Shown piece after piece: positions 1-10,313 of a DNA stretch of 64,000 nucleotides (positions within the stretch are counted from its first letter, which is position 1; every line of letters starts with the position of its first letter). The stretch covers positions 27,214 through 91,213 of the forward strand of contig USGY01000001.1 in the NCBI GenBank assembly GCA_900554365.1, written 5' to 3'. This stretch comes from an uncultured Clostridium sp. (GTDB lineage: Bacteria > Bacillota > Clostridia > TANB77 > CAG-508). Below the pieces are notes generated by a model. It had not been told where the DNA came from and did no database searches. It saw only the letters and a list, made by a program, of their open reading frames with translations. The translations under genes and the position numbers were made by a program.

Positions 1-1
1 T

Positions 2-1231
2 AATCATATATATCATGGAAATGAGTTGAAATTTAAAAGAGTTATTTGGAAAAGATGCGTTGATTTAAATGATAGACAATTAAGACGTGTAGAAACTGGG
101 CTTTCAGGTGAAAAAAAAATAGTACCTAGAATGGATAATTTTGATATATCAGTTGCATCTGAAATAATGGCAATAGTATGCTTATCTGAATCTTTAAAAG
201 AGTTAAAAGAAAAACTAGGAAATATTATTGTTGGATATAACGACGTTGATGAACCTATATATGCAAAACAATTGAATGCAAATGGAGCAATGGCAGTACT
301 TTTAAAAGATGCTATAAAACCTAATTTAGTGCAAACTTTAGAACATACACCTGCACTAATCCATGGGGGACCTTTTGCTAATATTGCTCATGGATGTAAT
401 AGCATAATTGCAACTAAAATGGCATTAAAATTATCAGATTATGTAATAACAGAAGCTGGCTTTGGTGCAGACTTAGGAGCGGAAAAATTCTTAGATATAA
501 AATGTAGAAAGGCAAATATAAAACCAAATGCAGTTGTTATAGTAGCAACAGTTAAAGCACTAAAATATCATGGAGGAGTTTCAAAAGAAGATATTCAAAA
601 GGAAAATATAACTGGACTAGAAAATGGATTGCATAATTTATACAGACATATAAATAATATAAAAAATCAATTTGGACTAAATGCAATTGTTGCGATAAAT
701 AGATATGAAACTGATACTAATGACGAATTAAATTACCTTGAGAATAAATTAAAAGAAAATGGCATACAATACAGCTTAGTAGAAGGATGGAAAAAAGGCG
801 GAGAAGGAGCTATTGATATAGCTAACAAGTTAGTAGAGATAACAAATAAAAAAGATGATTTTAGATATATTTATAAAAATGAAGATAGCATAGAAACAAA
901 AATAGAAGAAGTTTCTAGAAAAATATATGGTGCTAAAAATGTAGAATATACAGAAGAAGCAATTAAAGAAATAAAACAAATAGAAGAAATTGGATATGGT
1001 AAATTACCTATATGTATAGCAAAAACACAATATTCATTTTCAGATGATAGTAAAAATCTTGAGTGTAAAAATGAATATAATATTCATGTAAGAAATGTAG
1101 AGGTAAAAGCTGGAGCAGGATTTATTGTTGTATTTGCTGGAAAAATAATGACAATGCCTGGTTTACCTAAAATACCATCAGCAGAGAAAATTGATATAGA
1201 TGAAAATGGAAATGTTATAGGAATTTTTTAA
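2..1231 (+). CDS. fhs: Formate--tetrahydrofolate ligase, C-terminal ~410 codons (5' end lies upstream of the window)
   Basis: The frame is open from nt 2, so the TTG at 26 is not the true start. Translation carries typical FTHFS motifs (VDLNDRQLR, EHTPALIHGGPFANIAHGCNS, KPNAVVIVATVKALKYHGG, PICIAKTQYSFSDD). Confidence 0.93.
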   Translation, partial: NHIYHGNELKFKRVIWKRCVDLNDRQLRRVETGLSGEKKIVPRMDNFDISVASEIMAIVCLSESLKELKEKLGNIIVGYNDVDEPIYAKQLNANGAMAVLLKDAIKPNLVQTLEHTPALIHGGPFANIAHGCNSIIATKMALKLSDYVITEAGFGADLGAEKFLDIKCRKANIKPNAVVIVATVKALKYHGGVSKEDIQKENITGLENGLHNLYRHINNIKNQFGLNAIVAINRYETDTNDELNYLENKLKENGIQYSLVEGWKKGGEGAIDIANKLVEITNKKDDFRYIYKNEDSIETKIEEVSRKIYGAKNVEYTEEAIKEIKQIEEIGYGKLPICIAKTQYSFSDDSKNLECKNEYNIHVRNVEVKAGAGFIVVFAGKIMTMPGLPKIPSAEKIDIDENGNVIGIF

Positions 1232-1284
1232 AAACTAGTTTAACTTTAAGTATTGTGAAACTTTTATGAATTATATAAATTAAA

Positions 1285-1314
1285 TTGACATAATTCGACT
1301 CCATGTGATAAAAT
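1285..1314 (+). promoter_or_regulatory. Sigma-A-like promoter (TTGACA, 18-nt spacer, TAAAAT) upstream of the beta-CASP gene
   Basis: TTGACA at 1285-1290 and TAAAAT at 1309-1314, preceded by TG. Identified by motif only. Confidence 0.4.
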
Positions 1315-1354
1315 TAAATTGCAGTCATGAAATTGACTATAGAAAGGAATTATC

Positions 1355-2776
1355 ATGGGCAGTAAGGAACCATTTTATGTGGAAATTATGGGTGCTCATC
1401 CTGAAGTTACAGGATCGAGTCTCATAGTATACGTAAGATATCCTGATAGAACTAGTTCACGGTTTGTTGTAGACTGTGGACTTTTCCAAGAAGCAGAGTA
1501 TAATAACAATAATAAGCAACTATTATTTAATCCTAGAGTTATTGATTTTTGCTTGATAACTCACAATCATGTGGATCATACAGGAAGAATTCCTTTTATG
1601 ATAAGGAATGGATACTTTCATAAAATCTATATGACTGAAGCTACCAAGATGTTGTTACCATTGGCTCTTAAAGATAGTGCAAAAGTGCTAAAAGATATTG
1701 CTAAAAGAAAAGGAGAAAAACCTATTTACAATGATAACGACGTTCAAGCAACTATGCGATTTGTGAATGCATGTGAATTTGAAAAGCCAGAAAAAATTAA
1801 TGATAACATTACTGTTACATTTTTTAATAATGGACACCTTATTGGTGCTGCATTAATTCTGGTTCAGATTGCGTATCCTGGATATGATGACATTAATTTG
1901 TTGTTTACAGGAGACTATAACAATAAGAACATGTTCTTGGATCTAGATCCATTGCCAGAGTGGGTTAAGGACTTGAAGTTAACGATAGTTCAAGAAGCTA
2001 CTTATGGAGATATGGATTCATCTGATATCAAGGAAAGTTTTTCAGACAATGTTTCACAACAAATAGAAAAAAACGGAACCGTATTAATTCCTGTGTTTTC
2101 ACTTGGGCGTTCCCAAGAAATTTTGTATGAAATTAAGAAAATGCAGGAAAGTGGAAAAATTGGTCCAAATGTTCCAATCTATTTTGATGGCAAGTTAGCA
2201 TTTGAATACACGAAATTGTATTTAGATAAAAACAATGCTTTGGGAATTAAGCCAAGTATGAGAGATTTTATACCGAAAAATCTAACATATGTGGATAAAG
2301 ATAATAGAGGTGGAATAATAGCTGATAAAGCATCCAAAATTATTGTTACAACCTCTGGTATGGGCTCATATGGTCCAGCAAGAACGTACATTTCTTCACT
2401 TATAAGTAGACCTGACGTACTTATTCATTTCACTGGATATACGGCAGAAGGAACCATTGGCAGACAATTAATGGATGCTCAGAATGGTGAAACTACCGAA
2501 GTTGGTGGAATGATGGTATGCAAGAGAGCGGAAGTTAAATTCACTAACGAATTCTCGGCACATGCTAAAGCTGATGAGATGATTGAGTTTTTACAACAAT
2601 TTAATCATCTTAAGCTCGTTCTTGTAAATCATGGAGAAACTCTAACCAAGCAAAGATTTTCTAAGCGGATTTTGCATGAAGTAAAACCTAAGAAAGTCGG
2701 AATACTTGGCGGGGAGGACTTGTTCAAAATCAACCCATATGGACTAGTTGAAACTAAACCAACAAAGTTCATCTGA
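1355..2776 (+). CDS. MBL-fold metallo-hydrolase of the beta-CASP (CPSF/RNA-metabolising nuclease) family
   Basis: HNHVDH (HxHxDH) motif, a downstream GH and TGDY, beta-CASP-like motifs QEATYGD, SAH and VNHGE. RBS AGAAAGGA precedes the ATG. Confidence 0.85.
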   Translation: MGSKEPFYVEIMGAHPEVTGSSLIVYVRYPDRTSSRFVVDCGLFQEAEYNNNNKQLLFNPRVIDFCLITHNHVDHTGRIPFMIRNGYFHKIYMTEATKMLLPLALKDSAKVLKDIAKRKGEKPIYNDNDVQATMRFVNACEFEKPEKINDNITVTFFNNGHLIGAALILVQIAYPGYDDINLLFTGDYNNKNMFLDLDPLPEWVKDLKLTIVQEATYGDMDSSDIKESFSDNVSQQIEKNGTVLIPVFSLGRSQEILYEIKKMQESGKIGPNVPIYFDGKLAFEYTKLYLDKNNALGIKPSMRDFIPKNLTYVDKDNRGGIIADKASKIIVTTSGMGSYGPARTYISSLISRPDVLIHFTGYTAEGTIGRQLMDAQNGETTEVGGMMVCKRAEVKFTNEFSAHAKADEMIEFLQQFNHLKLVLVNHGETLTKQRFSKRILHEVKPKKVGILGGEDLFKINPYGLVETKPTKFI

Positions 2777-2781
2777 TTCCA

Positions 2782-2818
2782 GCGGAGGTGTCTAAACTAA
2801 GATACCTCTGCTTTTTTT
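2782..2818 (+). terminator. Rho-independent terminator after the beta-CASP gene
   Basis: 12-bp stem GCGGAGGTGTCT/AGATACCTCTGC (two G-U pairs) followed by T7. Confidence 0.7.
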
Positions 2819-2829
2819 AAAATACATAC

Positions 2830-2843
2830 CAAACTATTGTTTT
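2830..2843 (+). promoter_or_regulatory. Possible LexA (SOS) box upstream of uvrA
   Basis: CAAAC-TATT-GTTTT resembles the Firmicute CGAAC-N4-GTTCG consensus. uvrA is a classical SOS gene. Confidence 0.35.
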
Positions 2844-2895
2844 TAATATTTATTTATAGTATAATAATTAAGATCTATATTTTGGGGGAATAGTC

Positions 2896-5727
2896 ATGAA
2901 TAATGAAATAATTATAAAAGGTGCTAAAGAGCATAATTTAAAAAATATAAGTTTAAAAATACCAAGAGATAAGTTAGTTGTAATTACTGGACTTTCAGGA
3001 TCTGGAAAATCTAGTTTGGCATTTGATACTTTATATGCAGAAGGTCAAAGAAGATATGTCGAAAGTTTATCTTCATATGCTAGACAGTTTTTAGGATTAA
3101 TGGAAAAGCCAAATGTGGAAAGTATAGAAGGTTTGTCACCAGCAATATCAATAGACCAAAAAACAACTTCTAAAAATCCTCGTTCAACAGTAGGAACAGT
3201 AACTGAAATTTATGATTATATTCGTTTATTATATGCACGTATTGGAGTGCCATATTGTCCTAATTGTCATAAAAAGATTGAAAAACAATCAATAGACCAA
3301 ATAATTGATAACATAATGTCATTACCGGAAGGCACAAAAATTCAAATATTGGCTCCAGTAGTACGTGGAAGAAAAGGCGAATATACAAAGCAATTAGAAG
3401 GATATCAAAAAGATGGTTTTGTAAGAGTAAAAATAGATGGAGAAATGTATGAACTTTCTGATGATATTGAATTAGATAGAAAGAAAAAACATAATATAGA
3501 ATTAATAGTTGATAGACTTGTAATAAAACCTGATATAACAAGCAGGTTAACTGAGTCTGTAGAAACGGCATTAAAATATGCTGATAAATTAGTTTTAGTT
3601 GATGTTATAGGAAAAAGTCCTATATTATATAGTTGTAATTATGCTTGCCCTGATTGTGGATTTAGTTTTCCTGAATTAACACCAAGAATGTTTTCTTTTA
3701 ACAACCCATTTGGTGCATGTCCAGAATGTACAGGAATAGGTTATTTAATGAAAATGGATGAAGATTTAATAGTTCCAGATAAAAATAAAACATTATATGA
3801 TGGAATAAAAGCATTTGGCTCAAGCACAATGAAAAAAGGCGATACAATGGCCAGAATGTATTTTGAAAGTATAGGAAAACATTATGGAATAGATATAAAA
3901 AATAAAAAAATTAAAGATTTACCACGTTGGTTTATGGAAAAAATACTATATGGTACAGGTGATGAAGAAATAGATTTTGAGTATCAATCATATGCTGGAA
4001 CAAGAAAATTCACTGCACCATTTGAAGGTGTTTTACCAACTTTAGATAGACGTCACAATGAAACTAAATCACAAGGAATGAGAGATTTTTACGAAATGTA
4101 TATGACAAATTCAGAATGTCATGCATGTCATGGTGCAAGATTAAAGCCAGAAATTCTTTCAATAAAAGTTGGAAATAAAAACATAAATGAATTAACACAA
4201 ATGTCAATTACTCAAATAAAAGAATATTTAAATAAATTAAAATTAACAAAAACACAAGCAATGATATCTGAATTAATTTTAAAAGAAATAGATCAGAGAT
4301 TGCAATTTTTAATTGATGTTGGATTAGAGTATTTAACTTTATCAAGAAATGCAGGAACATTATCAGGAGGAGAAGCACAAAGAATTCGTTTAGCAACTCA
4401 AATTGGTTCTGGATTAACAGGAGTATTATATATTTTAGATGAACCAAGTATAGGATTACATCAAAGAGATAATGACAGATTACTTGCAACATTAAAAAAA
4501 TTAAGAGATTTAGGAAATACACTAATAGTAGTAGAACATGATGAAGATACAATGTATGCTGCTGATCAAATTATTGATATTGGACCAGGAGCCGGAACTC
4601 ATGGTGGTAATATTATGGCTCAAGGAACTGCAGAAGAAGTAAAAAAAGTAAAAGATTCAATAACAGGACAATACTTAAGTGGCAAGAAGAAAATAGAGGT
4701 TCCTAAGAAAAGAAGAAAGATAGTAAAATCCAAAGTAATTGAAGTACAAAGAGCAACTGAAAACAATTTAAAAAATATAAATGTAAAATTTCCGTTGGGA
4801 GTTTTCAATTGTGTAACAGGAGTTTCAGGTTCAGGAAAATCTACTTTAGTTAATGAGGTTTTATATAAAACAATAGCTAAAGAATTAAATGGATCAAATG
4901 AAAAACCAGGAAAATGTAAAGGAATAAAAGGACTAAAAAATATTGATAAGATTATAAATATAGATCAATCACCAATAGGAAGAACACCACGTTCTAATCC
5001 TGCAACATATACAGGAGTATTTGACTTAATTAGAGATATATTTGCATCAACAGAGGAAGCTAAATTAAGAGGGTATGCTAAAGGAAGATTTAGTTTTAAT
5101 GTACAAGGTGGAAGATGTGAAAGCTGTAATGGTGATGGAGTCCATAAAATAGAAATGCACTTTTTACCAGATATATATGTCCCATGTGAAGTATGTAAAG
5201 GAAAACGTTATAATAGAGAAACTCTTGAAGTTCATTATAAAGGAAAAAATATAGCAGATGTTTTAGATATGACTGTTGAAGAAGCATTGAAATTCTTTGA
5301 TAAAATTCCTAAAATCAAACAAAAAATTCAAACATTATATGATGTTGGACTTGGATATATAAAATTAGGACAACCATCTACAACATTATCAGGAGGGGAA
5401 GCCCAAAGAGTAAAATTAGCAACAGAATTATCAAAAAGAGCGACAGGAAAAACATTATATATTTTAGACGAACCAACAACAGGACTTCATATTGCTGATG
5501 TTCATAAATTAGTTGATATATTACAAAGACTAGTGGATACAGGAAATACTATAATAGTAATAGAACATAATTTAGATTTAATAAAAACTTGTGATCATAT
5601 TATAGATTTAGGACCAGAAGGTGGAGAAAAAGGCGGAAATATTGTAGCAGAAGGAACACCAGAAGAAGTTAGTGAAAATGAAGAAAGTTATACAGGAAAA
5701 TTCTTAAAGAAATATTTAACTAAATAA
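2896..5727 (+). CDS. uvrA: Excinuclease ABC subunit A
   Basis: 943 aa. Two ABC ATPase modules ([26 protein letters not shown] twice), zinc-finger cysteines and typical UvrA length. Confidence 0.97.
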   Translation: MNNEIIIKGAKEHNLKNISLKIPRDKLVVITGLSGSGKSSLAFDTLYAEGQRRYVESLSSYARQFLGLMEKPNVESIEGLSPAISIDQKTTSKNPRSTVGTVTEIYDYIRLLYARIGVPYCPNCHKKIEKQSIDQIIDNIMSLPEGTKIQILAPVVRGRKGEYTKQLEGYQKDGFVRVKIDGEMYELSDDIELDRKKKHNIELIVDRLVIKPDITSRLTESVETALKYADKLVLVDVIGKSPILYSCNYACPDCGFSFPELTPRMFSFNNPFGACPECTGIGYLMKMDEDLIVPDKNKTLYDGIKAFGSSTMKKGDTMARMYFESIGKHYGIDIKNKKIKDLPRWFMEKILYGTGDEEIDFEYQSYAGTRKFTAPFEGVLPTLDRRHNETKSQGMRDFYEMYMTNSECHACHGARLKPEILSIKVGNKNINELTQMSITQIKEYLNKLKLTKTQAMISELILKEIDQRLQFLIDVGLEYLTLSRNAGTLSGGEAQRIRLATQIGSGLTGVLYILDEPSIGLHQRDNDRLLATLKKLRDLGNTLIVVEHDEDTMYAADQIIDIGPGAGTHGGNIMAQGTAEEVKKVKDSITGQYLSGKKKIEVPKKRRKIVKSKVIEVQRATENNLKNINVKFPLGVFNCVTGVSGSGKSTLVNEVLYKTIAKELNGSNEKPGKCKGIKGLKNIDKIINIDQSPIGRTPRSNPATYTGVFDLIRDIFASTEEAKLRGYAKGRFSFNVQGGRCESCNGDGVHKIEMHFLPDIYVPCEVCKGKRYNRETLEVHYKGKNIADVLDMTVEEALKFFDKIPKIKQKIQTLYDVGLGYIKLGQPSTTLSGGEAQRVKLATELSKRATGKTLYILDEPTTGLHIADVHKLVDILQRLVDTGNTIIVIEHNLDLIKTCDHIIDLGPEGGEKGGNIVAEGTPEEVSENEESYTGKFLKKYLTK

Positions 5728-5741
5728 TTATAAGATATAAA

Positions 5742-5781
5742 AAGAAAATATTTTAATTTTTAAAATATTTTCTTTTATTTT
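5742..5781 (+). terminator. Rho-independent terminator after uvrA
   Basis: Perfect 14-bp inverted repeat AAGAAAATATTTTA/TAAAATATTTTCTT followed by a T-rich tract. Confidence 0.7.
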
Positions 5782-5829
5782 GGATAAAAAATTGAAAAAA
5801 ATCAAAAATAAAAAAAGGAGGAAATTTTT

Positions 5830-6765
5830 ATGTATAATTTTAGAACAGATTTAGCATCAGAAAGACGTGATATATATCAAAAGTCTAATAATATTGGAAA
5901 AGAAATAGATGGAATTGAAAGCAAAGCAGAAGAAATTAATGAAAATATAAAGCTTGAAAAGGTAAAAATCACTAATGAAAATGGAGAAAAAGCTATAGGC
6001 AAACCAATAGGAAATTACATTACAATAGATGTAAAAAATTTAAAAATAATTCAAGAAGATGATTTGCAAAAAGCAGCAGATATATTATCTAAAGAATTGA
6101 AACAAATATTAGATAATCATATTGATGAAAAAGGAGAAGTTTTAGTAGTTGGACTAGGAAATATATATGTTACTCCAGACAGTCTGGGACCTAAAGTAAT
6201 AAATGAAATTGAAGTAACTCGTCATATAATAAATTATATGCCACAATATGTAGAAGAAGGAACCAGAATGGTAAGTGCTATAGCTCCAGGTGTTTTAGGA
6301 ACGACAGGAATAGAAACTTTAGAAATATTAAAGGGAATAGTAGATAATATAAAACCTAAGTTAATAATTGCTATTGATGCATTAGCTTCAAGAAGTATAG
6401 AAAGAATAAGTAGTACTGTTCAATTATCAGATACAGGTATAGTTCCAGGAGCTGGTGTTGGAAATAAGCGTAATGAAATAAGTATAAATACATTAGGAAT
6501 TCCGGTTGTAGCCATCGGAATCCCTACAGTTGTTGAAACAGCAGTACTTGTAAATGATAGCCTAGATTTATTTATAGAAAAATTACAAGATAATGCAAAA
6601 TCAAATGAATATTTGAATAATTTAAAAGAAGCGGATAATTATGAAGAAATAAAAGAAATATTAATTCCTAAAGATTATAATCTAATTGTAACTCCTAAAG
6701 AAATTGATGATTTGATAGAAAATATGAAAGAAATTGTATCAAGAGGTATTAATCAAGCTTTATAA
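5830..6765 (+). CDS. gpr: Germination protease (spore SASP endopeptidase GPR)
   Basis: N-terminus FRTDLASERRDIY, then VVGLGN..VTPDSLGP and IAIDALASRS motifs typical of GPR. Strong RBS AAGGAGG. Confidence 0.9.
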   Translation: MYNFRTDLASERRDIYQKSNNIGKEIDGIESKAEEINENIKLEKVKITNENGEKAIGKPIGNYITIDVKNLKIIQEDDLQKAADILSKELKQILDNHIDEKGEVLVVGLGNIYVTPDSLGPKVINEIEVTRHIINYMPQYVEEGTRMVSAIAPGVLGTTGIETLEILKGIVDNIKPKLIIAIDALASRSIERISSTVQLSDTGIVPGAGVGNKRNEISINTLGIPVVAIGIPTVVETAVLVNDSLDLFIEKLQDNAKSNEYLNNLKEADNYEEIKEILIPKDYNLIVTPKEIDDLIENMKEIVSRGINQAL

Positions 6766-6812
6766 ATAAAAACTACAAAAATAAAAAAATGTAAGAAAAG
6801 AGTTAAAATATC

Positions 6813-6841
6813 TTGAAAAAAAGAATTTAATAATATATAAT
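6813..6841 (+). promoter_or_regulatory. Sigma-A-like promoter (TTGAAA, 17-nt spacer, TATAAT)
   Basis: Motif match only. Sits upstream of the 6877 gene. Confidence 0.4.
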
Positions 6842-6876
6842 TTAACCATCATATAAAATATTAAGGAGTGATATAT

Positions 6877-7629
6877 ATGGACGAAAACAAAAAAGATAAT
6901 AAAGAAGAAGTAAAAACAGCTAAAAATACAAAAGTAGAAGCAAAAAAAGAAGAAAAAAAAACAGAACCAAAATTTGAAAAAGTTAGCAAAAAAGAAGCTG
7001 ACAAAATAGAAAAAGCAGAGAAAAAAGGAAGCAAAAAAACAGAAAAAAGTGGTAATAAAAAAACATGGGTACCAACTGTAGTAATTGCAGCTGTTGTTAT
7101 AGCAATAATTGCAATATTAACAGCAATGATAGTAACTTCAAGTGATCCTAAAAAATCAGTAGAAGGACTTTTAACAAATTTAAAAGCAGGTGATTTTGCT
7201 AAAGCACAAGAATATTTAAGTGGTGATGAAGCTAGCTTAACAGATGTAAGCACAGATCAAGAAGCTCAAAAAGCTTTATTTAGTAAATTAGCTTGGAAAG
7301 TTAAAAAAGTAAATCAAGAATCAGATAAAGCAACAGTAGAAGTTGAAATTACAAATAAAGATTTTCAAACTGTAGTAAATAATTATGCTAAAAAAGTTGT
7401 AATTGCAGCTAAAGAAGCAATTGGAAATGGAAGCACTGCAAACATTTCAGAACAAGATTTCCAATCATATTTTGTTGATGAATTAAAAAATGATCAAATT
7501 CAAACAACAACAGTTACAAAAACAATCAATGTTGTAAAAACAGATAAAAAATGGAAAGTAGTTTCAGATGATGCTTTAGTAAGAGCTATATTACCTGGAT
7601 TAAATGATGCAATAAATCAATTGTCATAA
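6877..7629 (+). CDS. Single-pass membrane protein with Lys/Glu-rich cytoplasmic N-terminus and a small extracytoplasmic domain; function unknown
   Basis: The ATG at 6877 lies 8 nt after AAGGAG, so I prefer it to the track's GTG at 6868. TM segment TWVPTVVIAAVVIAIIAILTAMIV. Confidence 0.7.
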   Translation: MDENKKDNKEEVKTAKNTKVEAKKEEKKTEPKFEKVSKKEADKIEKAEKKGSKKTEKSGNKKTWVPTVVIAAVVIAIIAILTAMIVTSSDPKKSVEGLLTNLKAGDFAKAQEYLSGDEASLTDVSTDQEAQKALFSKLAWKVKKVNQESDKATVEVEITNKDFQTVVNNYAKKVVIAAKEAIGNGSTANISEQDFQSYFVDELKNDQIQTTTVTKTINVVKTDKKWKVVSDDALVRAILPGLNDAINQLS

Positions 7630-7642
7630 TAAAAATAAAAAG

Positions 7643-7670
7643 CCGATGAATTTATATTCATCGGTTTTTT
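7643..7670. terminator. Bidirectional terminator between convergent genes
   Basis: Stem CCGATGAA/TTCATCGG flanked by an A-run upstream and T6 downstream. Confidence 0.7.
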
Positions 7671-8526
7671 ATAAGGATTTTGGATTTGTATTTTTTTTAT
7701 AGATATTGCATATATTACAATTGGTACATATGTGTATTCGATTTTTAAATATGTTTTGAAGAGTATTTATAAAATCATCTATATAAGGAACGAGCAAGTG
7801 TATATAAATGTCTTTAGGTAATAGTGTTAATAAAGCATTTAAGGTATAGTCATTATTAGAAAAAGAAATATCACTTAGATATTTAGATTTTAAATTCTCG
7901 TGTGAGACATTAATAATTTCTCTATTAGAGTCTAATAAAATTGTATTTGAATTAGAATATATAACATGTATTAACTCTGTTTGAGGTGGCTGGGAGTTTA
8001 TATATAATTGCAAAAGTGAAATAAATTCGAAATATTCTTTTTCAATTATATAACTGTTAACAGCTTCAGCTATTATATTGTCTAAAATCTCAAAATATTT
8101 TTTTCCTCTAAATTTAATAAAACCTGTTAAATATAAAACATTATTATTTGAAATAAAATTATAAAAAATTTTATATAGAACTTTAAATTTTTTATCAAAA
8201 ATATTAGAAAAATCACAAGACATAATATCAAAACATATATTTAATATTTTTTCTTGTTCATGTATATTAAAATAAAAATAATCATGTGAAATAGATTGCT
8301 TTAAAAAAGATTCCTCCAATTCATCAATTACTAATAAGGATAAAATATATGAAATTTTGTCTAAAAACAAATCTTTAGAATTTCCAGTATAATGAATGAT
8401 AACATTTTTGTAGTGCTTAAATTCTTTAGAAGAGAAACAAACATCAGGTATATCTAAATCGTTAAATTCATTTAATAGATATTTAAGTAAATTAGAATTG
8501 TTTGTTTTTATACATAATGATTTCAT
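7669..8526 (-). CDS. ytxC: YtxC-like sporulation protein
   Basis: 285 aa. Central GFIKFRGKKYFE...IIEKEYFEFISLLQLYI and a Cys-rich C-terminus (ICTNCNIC) match my recollection of clostridial YtxC family proteins. Not checked by any search. Confidence 0.55.
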   Translation of the reverse strand: MKSLCIKTNNSNLLKYLLNEFNDLDIPDVCFSSKEFKHYKNVIIHYTGNSKDLFLDKISYILSLLVIDELEESFLKQSISHDYFYFNIHEQEKILNICFDIMSCDFSNIFDKKFKVLYKIFYNFISNNNVLYLTGFIKFRGKKYFEILDNIIAEAVNSYIIEKEYFEFISLLQLYINSQPPQTELIHVIYSNSNTILLDSNREIINVSHENLKSKYLSDISFSNNDYTLNALLTLLPKDIYIHLLVPYIDDFINTLQNIFKNRIHICTNCNICNIYKKNTNPKSL

Positions 8527-8626
8527 GTTAAAATCTCCTTCCTAATAAAGCTATTATCTACTAAATGTAAAAAAGTTATACATTATATTATGATAATAAA
8601 AATAAAGTGGAGCTTGTTTAACAAAA

Positions 8627-8654
8627 TAAAAAAGCTAGAATAATCTAGCTTTTT
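8627..8654 (-). terminator. Terminator downstream of the GH57 gene
   Basis: Stem AGCTAGA/TCTAGCT with an A-run on the plus strand, which is a T-run on the minus strand. Confidence 0.55.
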
Positions 8655-8658
8655 AGTA

Positions 8659-10245
8659 TTATTGATAAATATGATAATCAATTTCAGGGAAAATGCAATC
8701 TTTTTCATTTATGTCTTTTAAGAAATCTGCATCAATTTTGTTGTCTTTAATTTGATAATATAATTTTGTAAAACGACCAATATGGTCTTTTATTCTTTTT
8801 TTAGCATAATCAACCATTGTTCCGTTAGTTATAATAAATAGCCAATCACTACTTTGAGCAAGTAAAAGTTCTCTTGCACATTGATTTAAGGCTTCTTTTT
8901 GTAATCCTTTAGCATCAGGATATAAACTAGCTAATTCACACATTCTATCTCCAGCTGTATGTAAATGTCTATGAACATAGTCGTTAGAAGGATTTAACCA
9001 TACTTCGCTATATCCATTAGCACCCCAACTTGAACGACAAGGTGAAGCAACTTGAATATTAGGATATTTATCAATATATTCTGAAGGTGTAATAAGTTTA
9101 AAATTACAATCATCATAATATATTTTCTTAAATAAAATATATAACCAATAAGGACCTTCATACCACCAATGTCCATATAATTCAGCATCATAGGGACATA
9201 AAATAATAGGTGGATGATCCATATAAGGTGCAATATCATTGATTTGTTTAGTTCTAGAATCTAGAAAATGTCCTGCTTGGCGTTCTGCTGAATCTTTTGC
9301 CCATTGCAAATTATAATAATCTTTAAATTCTGTTTTTCCTGTAATTCTATAATATTTAATACCAGTATGAACTCTAACACCATTATGAGCAATATAAGGT
9401 TTTATATAATCATAATCAGCTTCATATCCAATATCGCGGTAAAATTCACGATAATTATAATCACCAGGATAACCATTTATTGAACTCCATACTTGTCTAG
9501 AAGATTCCATGTCACGGCCAAATGCAACTACACCTTCTGGAGAAACGATTGGTGCAAATGTGCCATAAATAGGAGTAGGGTCTGCATACAAAATTCCGTG
9601 TGATTCTGTAATTATATATTCAATTCCAAATTCTTTTAAATATTTATCGGCTTCTGGAACATATCCACATTCAGGTAACCAAATTCCACGAGGCTTTCTA
9701 CCAAAATATTTTTCATAAGTTTGTACACCAACAGCAATTTGAGCTTTAACTGTTTTTTCATTAACATATAAAATTGGAAAATAACCATGTGTTGCACCAC
9801 AAGTAATTATTTCTAAAACTCCAATATCTTGAAAATGTTTAAAAGCTTGAATTATATTACATTTAAAAACATCTCTAAATAAATGTAAATCATCAGAATA
9901 ACGTTCAAAATAATAATGAGAAAGTTTATTTAATCTTTCATCTCCGGCTGTTCTTTTGATTTCTTTTGATGATAATTCAATTAATTGATTTAAATAGTTT
10001 ATGTATTTTTTTTGTAATAATTTATTATCTAACATAGAAAGTAGAGGTGGTGTCATTGACATTGTAATTCTAAAGTCAACGCCTTCATCTACTAATTTTT
10101 TAAAATTTCTAAGTAGTGGTAAGTAAGTTTCTGAAATTGCTTCATACAACCATGATTCCTCTAAATAATCATCACTTTCTGGATGATGTATAAAAGGAAG
10201 GTGCGCATGTAATACAAAACTTACATAGCCTTTTTTCTCTTGCAT
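8659..10245 (-). CDS. Glycoside hydrolase family 57 protein (1,4-alpha-glucan branching enzyme type, DUF1957-containing)
   Basis: N-terminus GYVSFVLHAHLPFIHHPE is the GH57 signature. I moved the start to the ATG at 10245, which follows AAAGGAG. Confidence 0.85.
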   Translation of the reverse strand: MQEKKGYVSFVLHAHLPFIHHPESDDYLEESWLYEAISETYLPLLRNFKKLVDEGVDFRITMSMTPPLLSMLDNKLLQKKYINYLNQLIELSSKEIKRTAGDERLNKLSHYYFERYSDDLHLFRDVFKCNIIQAFKHFQDIGVLEIITCGATHGYFPILYVNEKTVKAQIAVGVQTYEKYFGRKPRGIWLPECGYVPEADKYLKEFGIEYIITESHGILYADPTPIYGTFAPIVSPEGVVAFGRDMESSRQVWSSINGYPGDYNYREFYRDIGYEADYDYIKPYIAHNGVRVHTGIKYYRITGKTEFKDYYNLQWAKDSAERQAGHFLDSRTKQINDIAPYMDHPPIILCPYDAELYGHWWYEGPYWLYILFKKIYYDDCNFKLITPSEYIDKYPNIQVASPCRSSWGANGYSEVWLNPSNDYVHRHLHTAGDRMCELASLYPDAKGLQKEALNQCARELLLAQSSDWLFIITNGTMVDYAKKRIKDHIGRFTKLYYQIKDNKIDADFLKDINEKDCIFPEIDYHIYQ

Positions 10246-10313
10246 ATTATAATCTCCTTTTTGTTCGTTTATTTTACAATTCTTTATAAAAAGAAATGGC
10301 GACAATAAAGTCG

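Noticed and set aside
26-1231. TTG at 26 as the start of a 401-aa protein
   Set aside because: The same frame is open back to nt 2 and the upstream residues continue the FTHFS sequence. The gene is simply cut by the window edge.
1355-2776. Calling the beta-CASP protein RNase J
   Set aside because: It is about 80 residues shorter than RNase J and lacks its characteristic N-terminal and C-terminal regions as I remember them. I therefore kept the generic beta-CASP family call.
6861-7253. 130-aa antisense ORF opposite the 6877-7629 gene
   Set aside because: It lies entirely within a better-supported gene that has an RBS. Its product is low-complexity (S/F/L-rich), the mirror image of K/E-rich coding sequence.
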